From: Opitutales bacterium
GTDB lineage: Bacteria > Verrucomicrobiota > Verrucomicrobiia > Opitutales > PNEW01
NCBI GenBank assembly: GCA_965219535.1
Contig: CBDCNV010000001.1
Coordinates: 120,001 to 152,000 of the forward strand
Direction: 5' to 3'
DNA length: 32,000 nucleotides
The notes under the pieces are model-generated. The model ran no database searches. It had not been told where the DNA came from and saw nothing but the letters and a program-made list of their open reading frames with translations. Of the stretch, positions 1 through 8,607 are shown piece after piece. The position numbers and the translations under genes are program-made. How positions within the stretch are numbered: the first letter of the stretch is position 1; each line of letters begins with the position of its first letter.

Positions 1-1029
1 ACCACGGCATTATACGGGTTACAACATTTGCATTATGATCCAACGGTCCTCGGTTATGACCGCATTGTCGAAGCTCAGAAAAATGCCAGAATTATTGATG
101 GAGTCCTTTATAAATACGATGCCGGACCGACGACCCAAGCGGCGATTGAATTTTTAAATGATAAATCCCAAGAACCCTTTTTTCTAACCGTGGGTTATTT
201 TGAAACCCACCTGGACTTTCCAAAACTCGGCCCCAAAGACGATCCGCGCTATAGCCCCGTCCCGGCACCCCTCCCCGATACCCCGGGGACGAGAAAAGAG
301 ATGGCTGGTTTCAAGGCCAGCGCAAAAATATTCGACGATAATATGGGGGCTGTGATCGACGCACTCGAGACAAACGGTTTGAAAGACAACACCCTGGTAA
401 TTTGCACGACCGATCATGGCATTCCTTTTCCCGGGATGAAAAGGAGTCTGACTGGTCACGGCACGGGTGTGATGTTGATTATGCGCGGACCAGGAGGATA
501 TTCGGGAGGGCGAGTGTCAGATTCCCTGATTTCACAGGTTGATATCTATCCTACCCTGTGCGAGTTACTAGAAATCGATCCTCCTGAATGGCTGGAAGGT
601 AGATCCATGCTCCCGATTATTCGCAACGAAAAGGAAGAAATAAATGAGGAAGTATTTTATGAAGCAAACTACCAGGGAATCGACTACACGCCACAACGCG
701 CGGTGCGCACCCGGCGCTGGAATTATATACGCATTTACGATCAACAGTCGAATATTGTTCAAGAGATGCTATATGATTTGATCTTGGATCCTAACGAGAG
801 GCACAACATCGCCAATGAACCTTCCATGGGGAACACCCTTAAAGAAATGCAGGACCGCCTAAATCACTGGATGAATGAAACTGAAGACCCCTTGCTTCAG
901 GGAAGCATACCCATACCCTTGGACTCCATAGCGGTTAATCCCGAGGACAAGGATTTGCTCGGTTTGGGAAAGTACCTCTACAATACTTTAAAATCCTGGG
1001 AAAATAGAATTCTGGTAGATAACCGTTAA
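1..1029 (+). CDS. Type I sulfatase (arylsulfatase family), C-terminal ~340 aa; the 5' end lies outside the window
   Basis: Frame 1 is open from base 1, upstream of the listed ORF 28..1029. The block 'LVICTTDHGIPFPGMKRSLTGHGTGVMLIMRGPG' matches the conserved T[ST]DHG region of sulfatases. The N-terminal CxPxR motif would lie upstream of the window. Confidence 0.85.
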   Translation, partial: TTALYGLQHLHYDPTVLGYDRIVEAQKNARIIDGVLYKYDAGPTTQAAIEFLNDKSQEPFFLTVGYFETHLDFPKLGPKDDPRYSPVPAPLPDTPGTRKEMAGFKASAKIFDDNMGAVIDALETNGLKDNTLVICTTDHGIPFPGMKRSLTGHGTGVMLIMRGPGGYSGGRVSDSLISQVDIYPTLCELLEIDPPEWLEGRSMLPIIRNEKEEINEEVFYEANYQGIDYTPQRAVRTRRWNYIRIYDQQSNIVQEMLYDLILDPNERHNIANEPSMGNTLKEMQDRLNHWMNETEDPLLQGSIPIPLDSIAVNPEDKDLLGLGKYLYNTLKSWENRILVDNR

Positions 1030-1055
1030 AAAGAAAAAGAGGAGAAGAAAATATT

Positions 1056-1670
1056 ATGAAAATTATTGCAGTCGGATGTGAGTACACGGGAGTGACGAGC
1101 TTATGTGATGGTCTCATGGACTGGGGAAATAAACGCGGAATTAAATTTCATCTCGATGATCATTTTACCATCCCTGACAAACAACACCTGGCTCCTGAAG
1201 ATCAGGTAGCTGTTACAAACTTCTCTCCAGCCCTTAAGCAGAGGTGGCAGCAAATGCAAAATGTCTACCACGTTCGCCTCATAAATATACTAGATCATAT
1301 TCTTTTAGGAGGATTTCACATTGAAGAAGAAGTTTATGGTCCCCTTTACTATTACCCGGGAAAAAAAGTGAGCGGCTCACGGCAATTTGAATCGGAGATG
1401 CCTGAAGAGAGCATGGTTGTGCATTTAACAGCGCGCCCTGAGGTCATTGAATCGCGCATGGAATCCCAACCTCACGAATTTAATTTGATAAAAAAAGAGG
1501 ATATTCCGATGCTGCTCGATCGGTTCAAAGAAGAAGTCAACAATTCCTGGTTGATGAAAAAAATAGAGATCGATACTTCTGACTTGAGTCCTGATCAACT
1601 CGTTCAGACCTTCCTCGCAAAAGCTCATCCCCTAATGAGTGCGCGTGATCTTTTAATCACGGCTGAGTAG
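1056..1670 (+). CDS. Small kinase/NTPase-like protein with a degenerate P-loop (hypothetical)
   Basis: A strong RBS (aagaggag) precedes the ATG, which lies 26 nt after the sulfatase stop. The N-terminus 'KIIAVGCEYTGVTSL' has the strand-plus-glycine-loop layout of a Walker A motif (GxxxxGK[ST]), but Val replaces the Lys. At 204 aa it is in the size range of small nucleotide kinases. The family assignment is not verified. Confidence 0.6.
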   Translation: MKIIAVGCEYTGVTSLCDGLMDWGNKRGIKFHLDDHFTIPDKQHLAPEDQVAVTNFSPALKQRWQQMQNVYHVRLINILDHILLGGFHIEEEVYGPLYYYPGKKVSGSRQFESEMPEESMVVHLTARPEVIESRMESQPHEFNLIKKEDIPMLLDRFKEEVNNSWLMKKIEIDTSDLSPDQLVQTFLAKAHPLMSARDLLITAE

Positions 1671-1894
1671 TAATTTTAAAAATAATTATCCATTATTAAG
1701 TGCTATGTCTGAATTAAATCGGGTAAGGATTAATTCATGGTCACCATTAGTTGGGTCTTCATTTAATCTACTTAATCATCCAGTTAGGGCAGGCAGCCCT
1801 GGAGGGGCCGATGAAGTTATCAATGTCACGCAATAAGATGTGAGGAATATAAAATCGAACGAAGAAAGGAAGATTTTTAGAAAGCATAGATGAA

Positions 1895-2875
1895 ATGTAC
1901 GTAGGCACACAGTACTTCGGAACAGCGAAAAAAGAAATGGAATTTCTGGTCCGCCATGGGGTGACGCATTTCGACGCCGCAGTCGATGGGATGGATGTGG
2001 ATACGCTCATGCGCCATCGCGAAGAAGCAGCCACCTATGGTGTTGAATTGGAGATGGTCCACATCGCACCATTGGACAGCATACCCATGGCGAAGGACCC
2101 TCAGCGCGAAAGGGATATTGAGAAGGTGTGCAAGTACATTGAGAATGCTGGCCGAGCGGGTCTCCGCGGACTCAATTATAACTTCTGCGTTTTGCGGACC
2201 GAGGGAGGTGGTGGTCTTGTCCAGCGTACTGAACGTAAGCCAGGTCGGGGTGGGTCGACCTACAGCTCATTCGTACTATCGGATTACGACAACGAGACGT
2301 TGACCGAAGCTGGGATTGTCAGCCGCGATGAGGTGTTTGAGCGGGCGGCCTTTTTTCTCGAACGTATAATGCCCGTAGCCGATAAATACAATGTCCAGAT
2401 GGCCTGCCACTTTAATGATCCACCAGCCCCAGTAATGAACGGCGTGGAAAAGTGGAACTGGCCTGTCTTCGAGGGGCTCAAACGCTTTAGCGAGCTGGTT
2501 GACAGCCCCTACCACGGATTTAATTTCTGCTGCGGGGTAGCCGCCGAAGGATTGGAAAATCCAGCCGAGGAATTGCCTGGCATCGTACAGTACTTTGCAG
2601 AGCGCAAAAAGATCTTCAATGTTCACTTCAGGAATATCCGAGGTGGTCTACATGACTTCTACGAAACCTGGCCCGACGAAGGGGACGTAAATATGTACCA
2701 GATCGCCAAGATCCTGCACAAAGCCGGGTATCCCTATATGCTGATGCCCGATCACGCTCCGCATCATCCGGACGATGTCGCGCCCAAAGGATACTCCAAG
2801 CGCATGACTCAGGGTTGGGCATTCCAGTTCGGTTATATCATCGCGCTGATTCAAGCGTTGGAAAACGAAAGTTGA
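1895..2875 (+). CDS. uxuA: Mannonate dehydratase family protein (UxuA-like TIM barrel, short form)
   Basis: Several blocks are colinear with my recollection of E. coli UxuA. 'GLRGLNYNFCVL' matches 'GIRTVCYNFMPVL'. 'IMPVADKYNVQMACHFNDPPAPV' matches '[23 protein letters not shown]'. 'GFNFCCG' matches 'GFTMCTG'. 'IFNVHFRNI' matches 'IYFTHLRS'. 'EGDVNMYQIAKIL...MPDHAP' matches 'NGDVDMYEVVKAI...RPDHGH'. The real substrate may differ. Confidence 0.7.
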   Translation: MYVGTQYFGTAKKEMEFLVRHGVTHFDAAVDGMDVDTLMRHREEAATYGVELEMVHIAPLDSIPMAKDPQRERDIEKVCKYIENAGRAGLRGLNYNFCVLRTEGGGGLVQRTERKPGRGGSTYSSFVLSDYDNETLTEAGIVSRDEVFERAAFFLERIMPVADKYNVQMACHFNDPPAPVMNGVEKWNWPVFEGLKRFSELVDSPYHGFNFCCGVAAEGLENPAEELPGIVQYFAERKKIFNVHFRNIRGGLHDFYETWPDEGDVNMYQIAKILHKAGYPYMLMPDHAPHHPDDVAPKGYSKRMTQGWAFQFGYIIALIQALENES

Positions 2876-2931
2876 ACCGGGTGAATGGGTATTTAAAATA
2901 GCCACCAACTGCTATCATTCTATATCATTCT

Positions 2932-3705
2932 ATGATGCTAATCGATAACCCCCGGGGCAACTACCGCTTTCTAACGGGGATTGCACCCTATTCGAGTGGT
3001 GTTGTGGCGATGCCAGGTTTTGAAATTGTCCATGTCAATCTTCAGCAGCCTATAGCTTACCTCGAGGGTTTTGAGCGGATTGCCTATCTTCTGACTGCGG
3101 CCGACCGACCTTTACATGCCCTTTGCAGTATTGAACTGCGTCTGCCCGCTCCCCTCAGCTTTGAAGGTTTTGCAACATTCAACGATGAATACCAGCGGGT
3201 GCTCGCTGACAGGGATCTCATGCTCGACGGTCGCACCCCGATCGCGCGCACTAATATCGCTCCTGCGGTACAGGCACCTGAAGAACCATCGCTCTATGCT
3301 TTTGCCTACTCAGTACCCTCTACAAATGAAAACACACGCCCCACCTTTATTGTCGCCGGCGCAGGAGATCTTCAAGATCAAGGCAATCTATCACCCAACG
3401 CGATTGTGCGGCCGAACGAAACATCCGACGAAGCCCTGCGTGAAAAAGCCGCGAACGTTATGCAGGTCATGCAGACACGGCTCGACGGACTTCAGGTTAA
3501 CTGGGCCGCGGCGACAGCGATTGATGTCTATACCGTTTACGCTTTACAACCGTATCTCGCCGACACCTTGCTTGCCCGGATGGATAAAGCCGCGATCCAT
3601 GGTGTTCATTGGCAATTCAGTCATCCACCGATTGAAGGATTGGCATTTGAAATGGATCTTCGCGGGGTTAGAGAAGAAATATGGATAGATTCTGATTTAA
3701 TATAA
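2932..3705 (+). CDS. Conserved hypothetical protein, co-directional with the uxuA-like gene; possibly CnbZ-like (2-amino-5-chloromuconate deaminase family), from weak memory only
   Basis: A 257-aa ORF with normal composition and no signal peptide. The N-terminal 'GNYRFLTGIAPYSSGVVAMPGFEIVH' resembles what I recall of CnbZ-family annotations. This is unverified. Confidence 0.55.
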   Translation: MMLIDNPRGNYRFLTGIAPYSSGVVAMPGFEIVHVNLQQPIAYLEGFERIAYLLTAADRPLHALCSIELRLPAPLSFEGFATFNDEYQRVLADRDLMLDGRTPIARTNIAPAVQAPEEPSLYAFAYSVPSTNENTRPTFIVAGAGDLQDQGNLSPNAIVRPNETSDEALREKAANVMQVMQTRLDGLQVNWAAATAIDVYTVYALQPYLADTLLARMDKAAIHGVHWQFSHPPIEGLAFEMDLRGVREEIWIDSDLI

Positions 3706-3794
3706 TTTTAACTATTCAGCTACAGGAGCGACGGTTGATCGCATTGCGGACGCGACGGAGCGCGTCTCTCCATATTACATTAATTAAAATATTT

Positions 3795-3861
3795 AGGTGG
3801 AGCGGGCTGCTTGACCGCCATAGCATTAGCGACGGCTGGTTCCCAGCACGCTTCTTCAATT
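3795..3861. repeat. Palindromic intergenic repeat 'C', long form (67 nt)
   Basis: 'aggtggagcgggctg' + ~31-nt insert + 'cagcacgcttcttcaatt'. The same two arms occur at 8266..8301 with only 'tct' between them. The arms are imperfectly complementary (gagcgggctg / cagcacgctt). Confidence 0.75.
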
Positions 3862-3896
3862 TTTGATTAAAAGAAAGAACACGTTAGGGATTAACC

Positions 3897-4766
3897 TTAA
3901 TCCGCTACCCAATGATGAAAGAGAGGTTTCACATCGTCGGGTAGTTTTTCATAAACCTCGTGTTTCACGGGCGGACTATCAAAATTTTTCCCATTTGTCT
4001 CCACAATCATACGCGTATGATCCGGTGTGCCTATCATCGCGGGATTTAGATTAAACCACCAGGGAACATAGCGAATGATTAATGCAATACGTGGTTCATC
4101 GCTGTTATTTACTCCACCCGCGTGCCAGACACGGGGATCAAATAGAAGGACATCTCCTGGTTCGCCACTGATTTGCACTTCAGTTTTATGGGGAGCGTGA
4201 ATATCGATGCCATTAGCACCCTCGACCGAGGGGCCGTTGCCTATACGGTGACTTCCCGGAATAAAATAAGTGCCGCCCGTTACATCATTGAATGGCGTCA
4301 TCATCCAAATCGTTGTCATCCCCATCATAACGTCCGGATAGGGTGCGGTAATATGCATCGCATTGGATTGATTATAAGGCCAAGCATCATGCCAATAAAA
4401 ACGTTGGGTTTCCGGATCTTTTATAAGAACGGAGGTAAATACAATTCGCGCATACGGTCCCAGTAATGCTTCCGCGACACCGAGTACTTTTTCGTGTGAG
4501 AGATAGGGGGCGAAAACCTGGGTGTTATTAATTAAACCCTTGGCCTGATGTTCCCCTTGGATGCTCATTTTATGACCTTGTGCCCGGGTCTTTGCTTTTT
4601 CTTTTTCTATCTCCGCGAATGCTTCTTCACTTACATTTAAAACTTCCTCGCGAATCGCTTTGACCTTCTCCTCGGGGATTACGTCTTTCGCCACACAAAA
4701 GCCGCTCATCTTTATATCGCTGACGATATTATCGCGCGTCTGTTTATTTTCTTTCTCTTTCATCAT
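3897..4766 (-). CDS. Phytanoyl-CoA dioxygenase (PhyH) family Fe(II)/2-oxoglutarate oxygenase
   Basis: Contains 'YFIPGSHR' and 'VLLFDPRVWHAGGVNNSDEPRIALIIRY', the distal His...N.S...R block typical of PhyH-family proteins. 289 aa. Confidence 0.85.
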   Translation of the reverse strand: MMKEKENKQTRDNIVSDIKMSGFCVAKDVIPEEKVKAIREEVLNVSEEAFAEIEKEKAKTRAQGHKMSIQGEHQAKGLINNTQVFAPYLSHEKVLGVAEALLGPYARIVFTSVLIKDPETQRFYWHDAWPYNQSNAMHITAPYPDVMMGMTTIWMMTPFNDVTGGTYFIPGSHRIGNGPSVEGANGIDIHAPHKTEVQISGEPGDVLLFDPRVWHAGGVNNSDEPRIALIIRYVPWWFNLNPAMIGTPDHTRMIVETNGKNFDSPPVKHEVYEKLPDDVKPLFHHWVAD

Positions 4767-4850
4767 AGAACTTTTTTTCGACGGATAAATGGTGAGTCAA
4801 GGGAATTATACAATTGCTGATTTCGGATTTTAGATTGCCGATTGATTCCC

Positions 4851-4987
4851 ATTGTCATCGCGAGGCTGCTTGTCAGCCGTGGCGATCCAGGGGGCTGTCA
4901 ATACGTGACCGGCATCCCCCTGGAATGGAATATGTCGGACTTTGTCCTCGGTAGCCACAGTCGGCTACGCCTCCTTCTCAATGACAA
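4851..4987. repeat. MITE-like palindromic element 'D', degenerate copy (137 nt)
   Basis: Shares 'attgtcat.gcgagg', '..atccag', the core 'tgtcaatacgtgaccggc' and '...caatgacaa' with 8416..8526. The termini are partly decayed. Confidence 0.7.
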
Positions 4988-5324
4988 GAGAGAGAGAGTA
5001 TACGCGATCAGCTTTAACTAAACCAATGTGGAACGACAGCGCCTGATCACTAATTAGCCTTCTTGCATCATGTATCTTGGAACTTGCGTCGTGAATCGAT
5101 ATATTGCGTCAACTGCAGCGCCTTGTTCTGTGACTCCCTTCATCTTAGATATTCGAGCTGATTTGCAATCAATATTTCTTTTGTTGGAAGCTGACAGTAC
5201 GAAAAATAAAAAACACCCCTCATTCAAGTTACGCTAACGGATAGAATTCACTGGCGGTGCCACGCCATCGGCGCGGTACCGTCCGGTGCAAAGATTTGTT
5301 AGGCGGAAAAAGGGAGACCATTTT

Positions 5325-5618
5325 TCAACCTCCAAAAAATCGTATCACGCCGGCTGAAATGAGAATAAGCATAAAAACAAGGAATTCATTAGATATAAAA
5401 TAAGCTATCCGGAAACCCTTCATGTGTGGCGATAAACATTTGGTAAGAAGCATGGGATTTGTAAATATGAAGATAATGAAGCCGACAACGATATAAACCT
5501 TATCAGCATTGACCTTAGCCATTTGAGCGATTCTGGGACCCAAAATAGTTGCAAGGAGAACCGTAAGCAAACCGACCACGGCAATATGAATATCGATTTG
5601 TTCAATAAATTTCTTCAA
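5325..5618 (-). CDS. Small hypothetical membrane protein (97 aa, about 3 hydrophobic segments)
   Basis: An ORF with three hydrophobic stretches (IAVVGLLTVLLATILG, VYIVVGFIIFIFTNPMLL, FLVFMLILISAGVIRFF). It is bracketed by a perfect 13-bp inverted repeat. I recognise no homology. Confidence 0.45.
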   Translation of the reverse strand: MKKFIEQIDIHIAVVGLLTVLLATILGPRIAQMAKVNADKVYIVVGFIIFIFTNPMLLTKCLSPHMKGFRIAYFISNEFLVFMLILISAGVIRFFGG

Positions 5619-5648
5619 TAGAACCTCGAAATTAGAATAGCTTTCCGC

Positions 5649-5940
5649 CTAACATTAGATTAACCAACAAGCTATTGAGTTAGTCTCCGCTATCGAGGGA
5701 GAAAGTCAAAATGCAAATCGCAATGAATCGTTTTGTGTTCCGAGAGATGTGTTGGCTAGCATTATAGATGTATATGAATAATAGCCGGCAATGCAAGCGC
5801 GGGCAAGTGGCTCCCTTCAATCCCGACCCACGATGGCCAGAGGAAGATTACAAGGTTGAGGACTATATTTGATAACCGTTAGGAACAATCCGCAATCGTA
5901 ACGAGGGCAAAGCCCGACATCTCACAAACCGGCAATCGTA
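5649..5940 (+). repeat. Left copy of a ~290-nt duplicated intergenic segment (blocks A 5649..5719 and B 5858..5940)
   Basis: Colinear with 8130..8607. Shared strings are 'ctaacattagatta', 'agtctccgctat', 'gggagaaag', 'gcaagcgcg.gca', 'agagga..attac' and 'ccgttaggaacaatc'...'ccgacatc'...'gcaatcgta'. Confidence 0.75.
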
Positions 5941-6055
5941 CAGAGGGCGAAGCCCACCTGTCGTCCATTGCCTTGTAGCCCAACGCTTCAAATCAGCGGT
6001 GCGCGCAGCTTCTGCTCGATCCGCTGGTTAGCCTCCAGAGTTTTCGACATAATAT

Positions 6056-8110
6056 TCAGTTGATCGTAATCGTCACGCTTCGGCCCGGTCGTTCCAGGTT
6101 ACCGCTGTCGTCGACGGCTCGGCTCAAGATCGTGAAGGTTCCCGCCCGTGGCGGCAGCCACTGATAGTTCCAGGTCTCGCGTCCACTTGCCGGATGCCAA
6201 GTGACATTGTTATCGAGAGATACTTCGACTGCGGCGACTTGTCCGCCGCCTGTGTCCTGAGCGGTGCCACTGATCATCAAGGTGCTACGAGGCAGTGTCG
6301 CGCCTGAGCCGGGAACATGCACGGTCGAAGTTGGAGGTTCCTCGTCGGTGGACGCGATAGCCAGCGCAAGATCTTCTTGTAGCGTCGCTGGTTGCACACC
6401 CATGTCTGCAAACAGATTGATGGTCGCTTGTTGGATGTTCCTATCGGGACCGTTTGGATCGACACCCACCCGGGTCGAGTCGGGATTAGCACGCTCCGGC
6501 GGTACCCCGGTCTCGGTATCGTGGTGGGCATCCAAACCCCAACCCCACTGCACGGTGCCCGCGCCGAAGACCAAGGCACCGCTATTGTGACGATAAAGCG
6601 TCAGATGGTGGGTCGCGGTGCCCGAGTCATAAACCACGCCGTGGTCCTGAATGTAGGGAACGTTGTCGATGGTTGTCTCGGACAGGCGAAACAAACCGGG
6701 TGGGCGAAACCCGTTGTCGAGGTCCTCGTCCCACTCATGACCGAGCAGGCCCTTGAGCAAGACGGCTCTTTCGCCCGGCTCGAGATTGGCAACCTCCGTG
6801 TTGCGCCAGAACCGCAAGGCGGCGTATTCGGCGGGCACGATGAGTGGGTCGTTGCGCCATGCGTTCACCGTGAAAATGGTGCCGGTTAGGGCGTTTTCCG
6901 GCTGCGGGCCCTCCGGATTATAAGGTCGCGAGTCACGCCACGTCCCGGTCCAAACGTCGGCGACGGGGTCAGTCTTGGCGTTATCTCGCGTTTCCTTGTA
7001 GGTGACCAATGTTCGATGAGCGCTGCCGGAGGAGTCAATGCTTGGCTCCCAGCGGGTTTTCCAAAAAACTTCGTTGCCGCTGAAAAAGGCGAGGTGAACG
7101 CCCGCATCACGTGCCGCTTCGACATGTCGCCTTTGCTCAAGAGACCAGTATTCGTCGTGACCGACCGACAGAAACAGGCGGTGCTTGAGGATCTCTTCGC
7201 CGCGCCGATCGCTGTCGAGACCAGTGAAGTAGCTGACGTCGTAGCCATTGGCCTCAAGCCATCGGATGAAAGGATACTCGGCATTGAAAACCATGTTGAC
7301 GGCCCGGTAATGGCGGGTCTCGATCGGGCGGTTGTAGCTCACCTTGTAAGCGCGGGGCGGCCCGCCGTGTGCGCGTGGATTGTCGAGGTTAAGTCGGCCG
7401 TAGGTACAGTGGCCGCCATAGCGGTTGTAGGCCTGCCAGGTGGTATCCGAAGTTTGGAAGAGAATGTCAGAGCCGCCGTTGTCGTCCCGCACAACAAAAT
7501 AGATATGGCTTGCTCGCGGTTCGCGCAGCGCATTGGCAAGACGTCCATGTCCCAACGCTCCGTAGGCGTGTTGCGAGGCAGGTGGCCTCTCCGCCGGGCT
7601 TTCTCGACTATTGTCCGCACGCCAGCCCGCAGGGTCGGAATCCTGTCGTACCAGGCGCGCGAAATAGATTCCCGATGTGGTGTCTGACGGCGCTTGCCAG
7701 GAGGCCGAGACAGCCCAGTTGCCGCAATCGTAGAGGTGAGTGGCCGGGTCCGTCATACATTCCGGCTGAAGTTGGGGGAGAGAGATCGACGGCTTGATGG
7801 TGTCGACACGACGTGCGCCCAGCCCACCATAGAAACCCATTCGATAAATGTCGATCCGATAGTCGGTCGAGTCCGTTTTGATCTTGAAGAAGATCGTCTC
7901 ACCTTGATTGATGCTGATGTCGTGGCCGAAGCCTTGGATCGTCGGATCACCCCAGCCGTTAATATCCCACTCGGTTGCGGGATCGCCCGACAGGCAGTTT
8001 TCCAGGACTATGTTGTTAGCGGGTTGTGGGCCGCGATCTATCGGTTCTTGACTCATTTGTTCCCGTTCTAGTTTATGCCATGACAACGCGTGCCAAATGA
8101 CATTGTTCAT
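6056..8110 (-). CDS. N,N-dimethylformamidase large-subunit-like family protein with a C-terminal Ig-like domain; GC-rich, probably acquired
   Basis: The N-terminal region 'NIVLENCLSGDPATEWDI...IQGFGHDISINQGETIFFKIKTDSTDYRIDIYRMGFYGGLGARRV' matches the pattern I recall for DmfA2-like (DUF6605-type) proteins. A hand-counted line (6061-6120) is 62% GC. Many long alternative-frame ORFs on both strands are typical of high-GC coding DNA. The start could instead be the ATG at 8056 (M19). Confidence 0.7.
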   Translation of the reverse strand: MNNVIWHALSWHKLEREQMSQEPIDRGPQPANNIVLENCLSGDPATEWDINGWGDPTIQGFGHDISINQGETIFFKIKTDSTDYRIDIYRMGFYGGLGARRVDTIKPSISLPQLQPECMTDPATHLYDCGNWAVSASWQAPSDTTSGIYFARLVRQDSDPAGWRADNSRESPAERPPASQHAYGALGHGRLANALREPRASHIYFVVRDDNGGSDILFQTSDTTWQAYNRYGGHCTYGRLNLDNPRAHGGPPRAYKVSYNRPIETRHYRAVNMVFNAEYPFIRWLEANGYDVSYFTGLDSDRRGEEILKHRLFLSVGHDEYWSLEQRRHVEAARDAGVHLAFFSGNEVFWKTRWEPSIDSSGSAHRTLVTYKETRDNAKTDPVADVWTGTWRDSRPYNPEGPQPENALTGTIFTVNAWRNDPLIVPAEYAALRFWRNTEVANLEPGERAVLLKGLLGHEWDEDLDNGFRPPGLFRLSETTIDNVPYIQDHGVVYDSGTATHHLTLYRHNSGALVFGAGTVQWGWGLDAHHDTETGVPPERANPDSTRVGVDPNGPDRNIQQATINLFADMGVQPATLQEDLALAIASTDEEPPTSTVHVPGSGATLPRSTLMISGTAQDTGGGQVAAVEVSLDNNVTWHPASGRETWNYQWLPPRAGTFTILSRAVDDSGNLERPGRSVTITIN

Positions 8111-8265
8111 GCCTCCGAAGTAATGCAGGCTAACATTAGATTAGACAACAGGCTTTCGACCAGTCTCCGCTATTGCTGGGAGAAAGGCAATTGGCAAATC
8201 TAAAAGAGAGTCGAAGGTCCAAAGTCGAAAGCGGAGAGCGCAAGCGCGTGCACGCAATGACTATA

Positions 8266-8301
8266 AGGTGGAGCGGGCTGTCTCAGCACGCTTCTTCAAT
8301 T
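8266..8301. repeat. Palindromic intergenic repeat 'C', short form (36 nt)
   Basis: 'aggtggagcgggctg-tct-cagcacgcttcttcaatt'. The arms are identical to those of 3795..3861. Confidence 0.75.
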
Positions 8302-8415
8302 ACGACTAAATCAAACGCACTGGGGAACAACCTTCGCTGTGTATTGTTAAGCTACGGCGGTCCATCCTTCGCTTTTAGCTTCGGACGACAGGCAGGCAGC
8401 CCGCTTCACCTCCTT

Positions 8416-8526
8416 ATTGTCATTGCGAGGAGCAGCGCGACGCGGCAATCCAGTGGAATGTCAATACGTGACCGGCTTTCCCCTGGATTGCCGCGGTCGA
8501 CTGATAGCCTCCCTCGCAATGACAAT
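8416..8526. repeat. MITE-like palindromic element 'D', intact copy (111 nt)
   Basis: Perfect 15-bp terminal inverted repeat 'attgtcattgcgagg'...'cctcgcaatgacaat'. Second perfect inner pair 'cgcggcaatccag'...'ctggattgccgcg'. The central loop carries 'gtcaatacgtgaccggc', which is shared with 4851..4987. Confidence 0.8.
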
Positions 8527-8607
8527 AGAGGATTACGAAGATGAGAATTATATTCGATATCCGTTAGGAACAATCTACAATCCGACATCCCCCAATCCGC
8601 AATCGTA

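Larger units (their letters stand above)
8130..8607 (+). repeat. Right copy of the duplicated intergenic segment (A 8130..8200, B 8543..8607), expanded by elements C and D
   Basis: Colinear with 5649..5940 (see that feature). It also contains 8266..8301 (C, short form) and 8416..8526 (D). It ends exactly at the stop codon of the 8608..11826 gene. Confidence 0.75.

Noticed and set aside
1768-2062. Minus-strand ORFs 1768..2034 and 1877..2062
   Set aside because: They overlap the start of the well-supported UxuA-like gene and the intergenic DNA upstream of it. The sequences are low in complexity and have no motifs.
6264-8071. Many long alternative-frame ORFs on both strands inside 6056..8110 (for example 7016..7687 + at 223 aa, 6392..6889 + at 165 aa, 6886..7284 - at 132 aa)
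   Set aside because: They all overlap one long ORF that has recognisable family motifs. Their products are Arg/Ala/Pro/Gly-rich and low in complexity, as expected for stop-poor off-frames in ~60% GC coding DNA.
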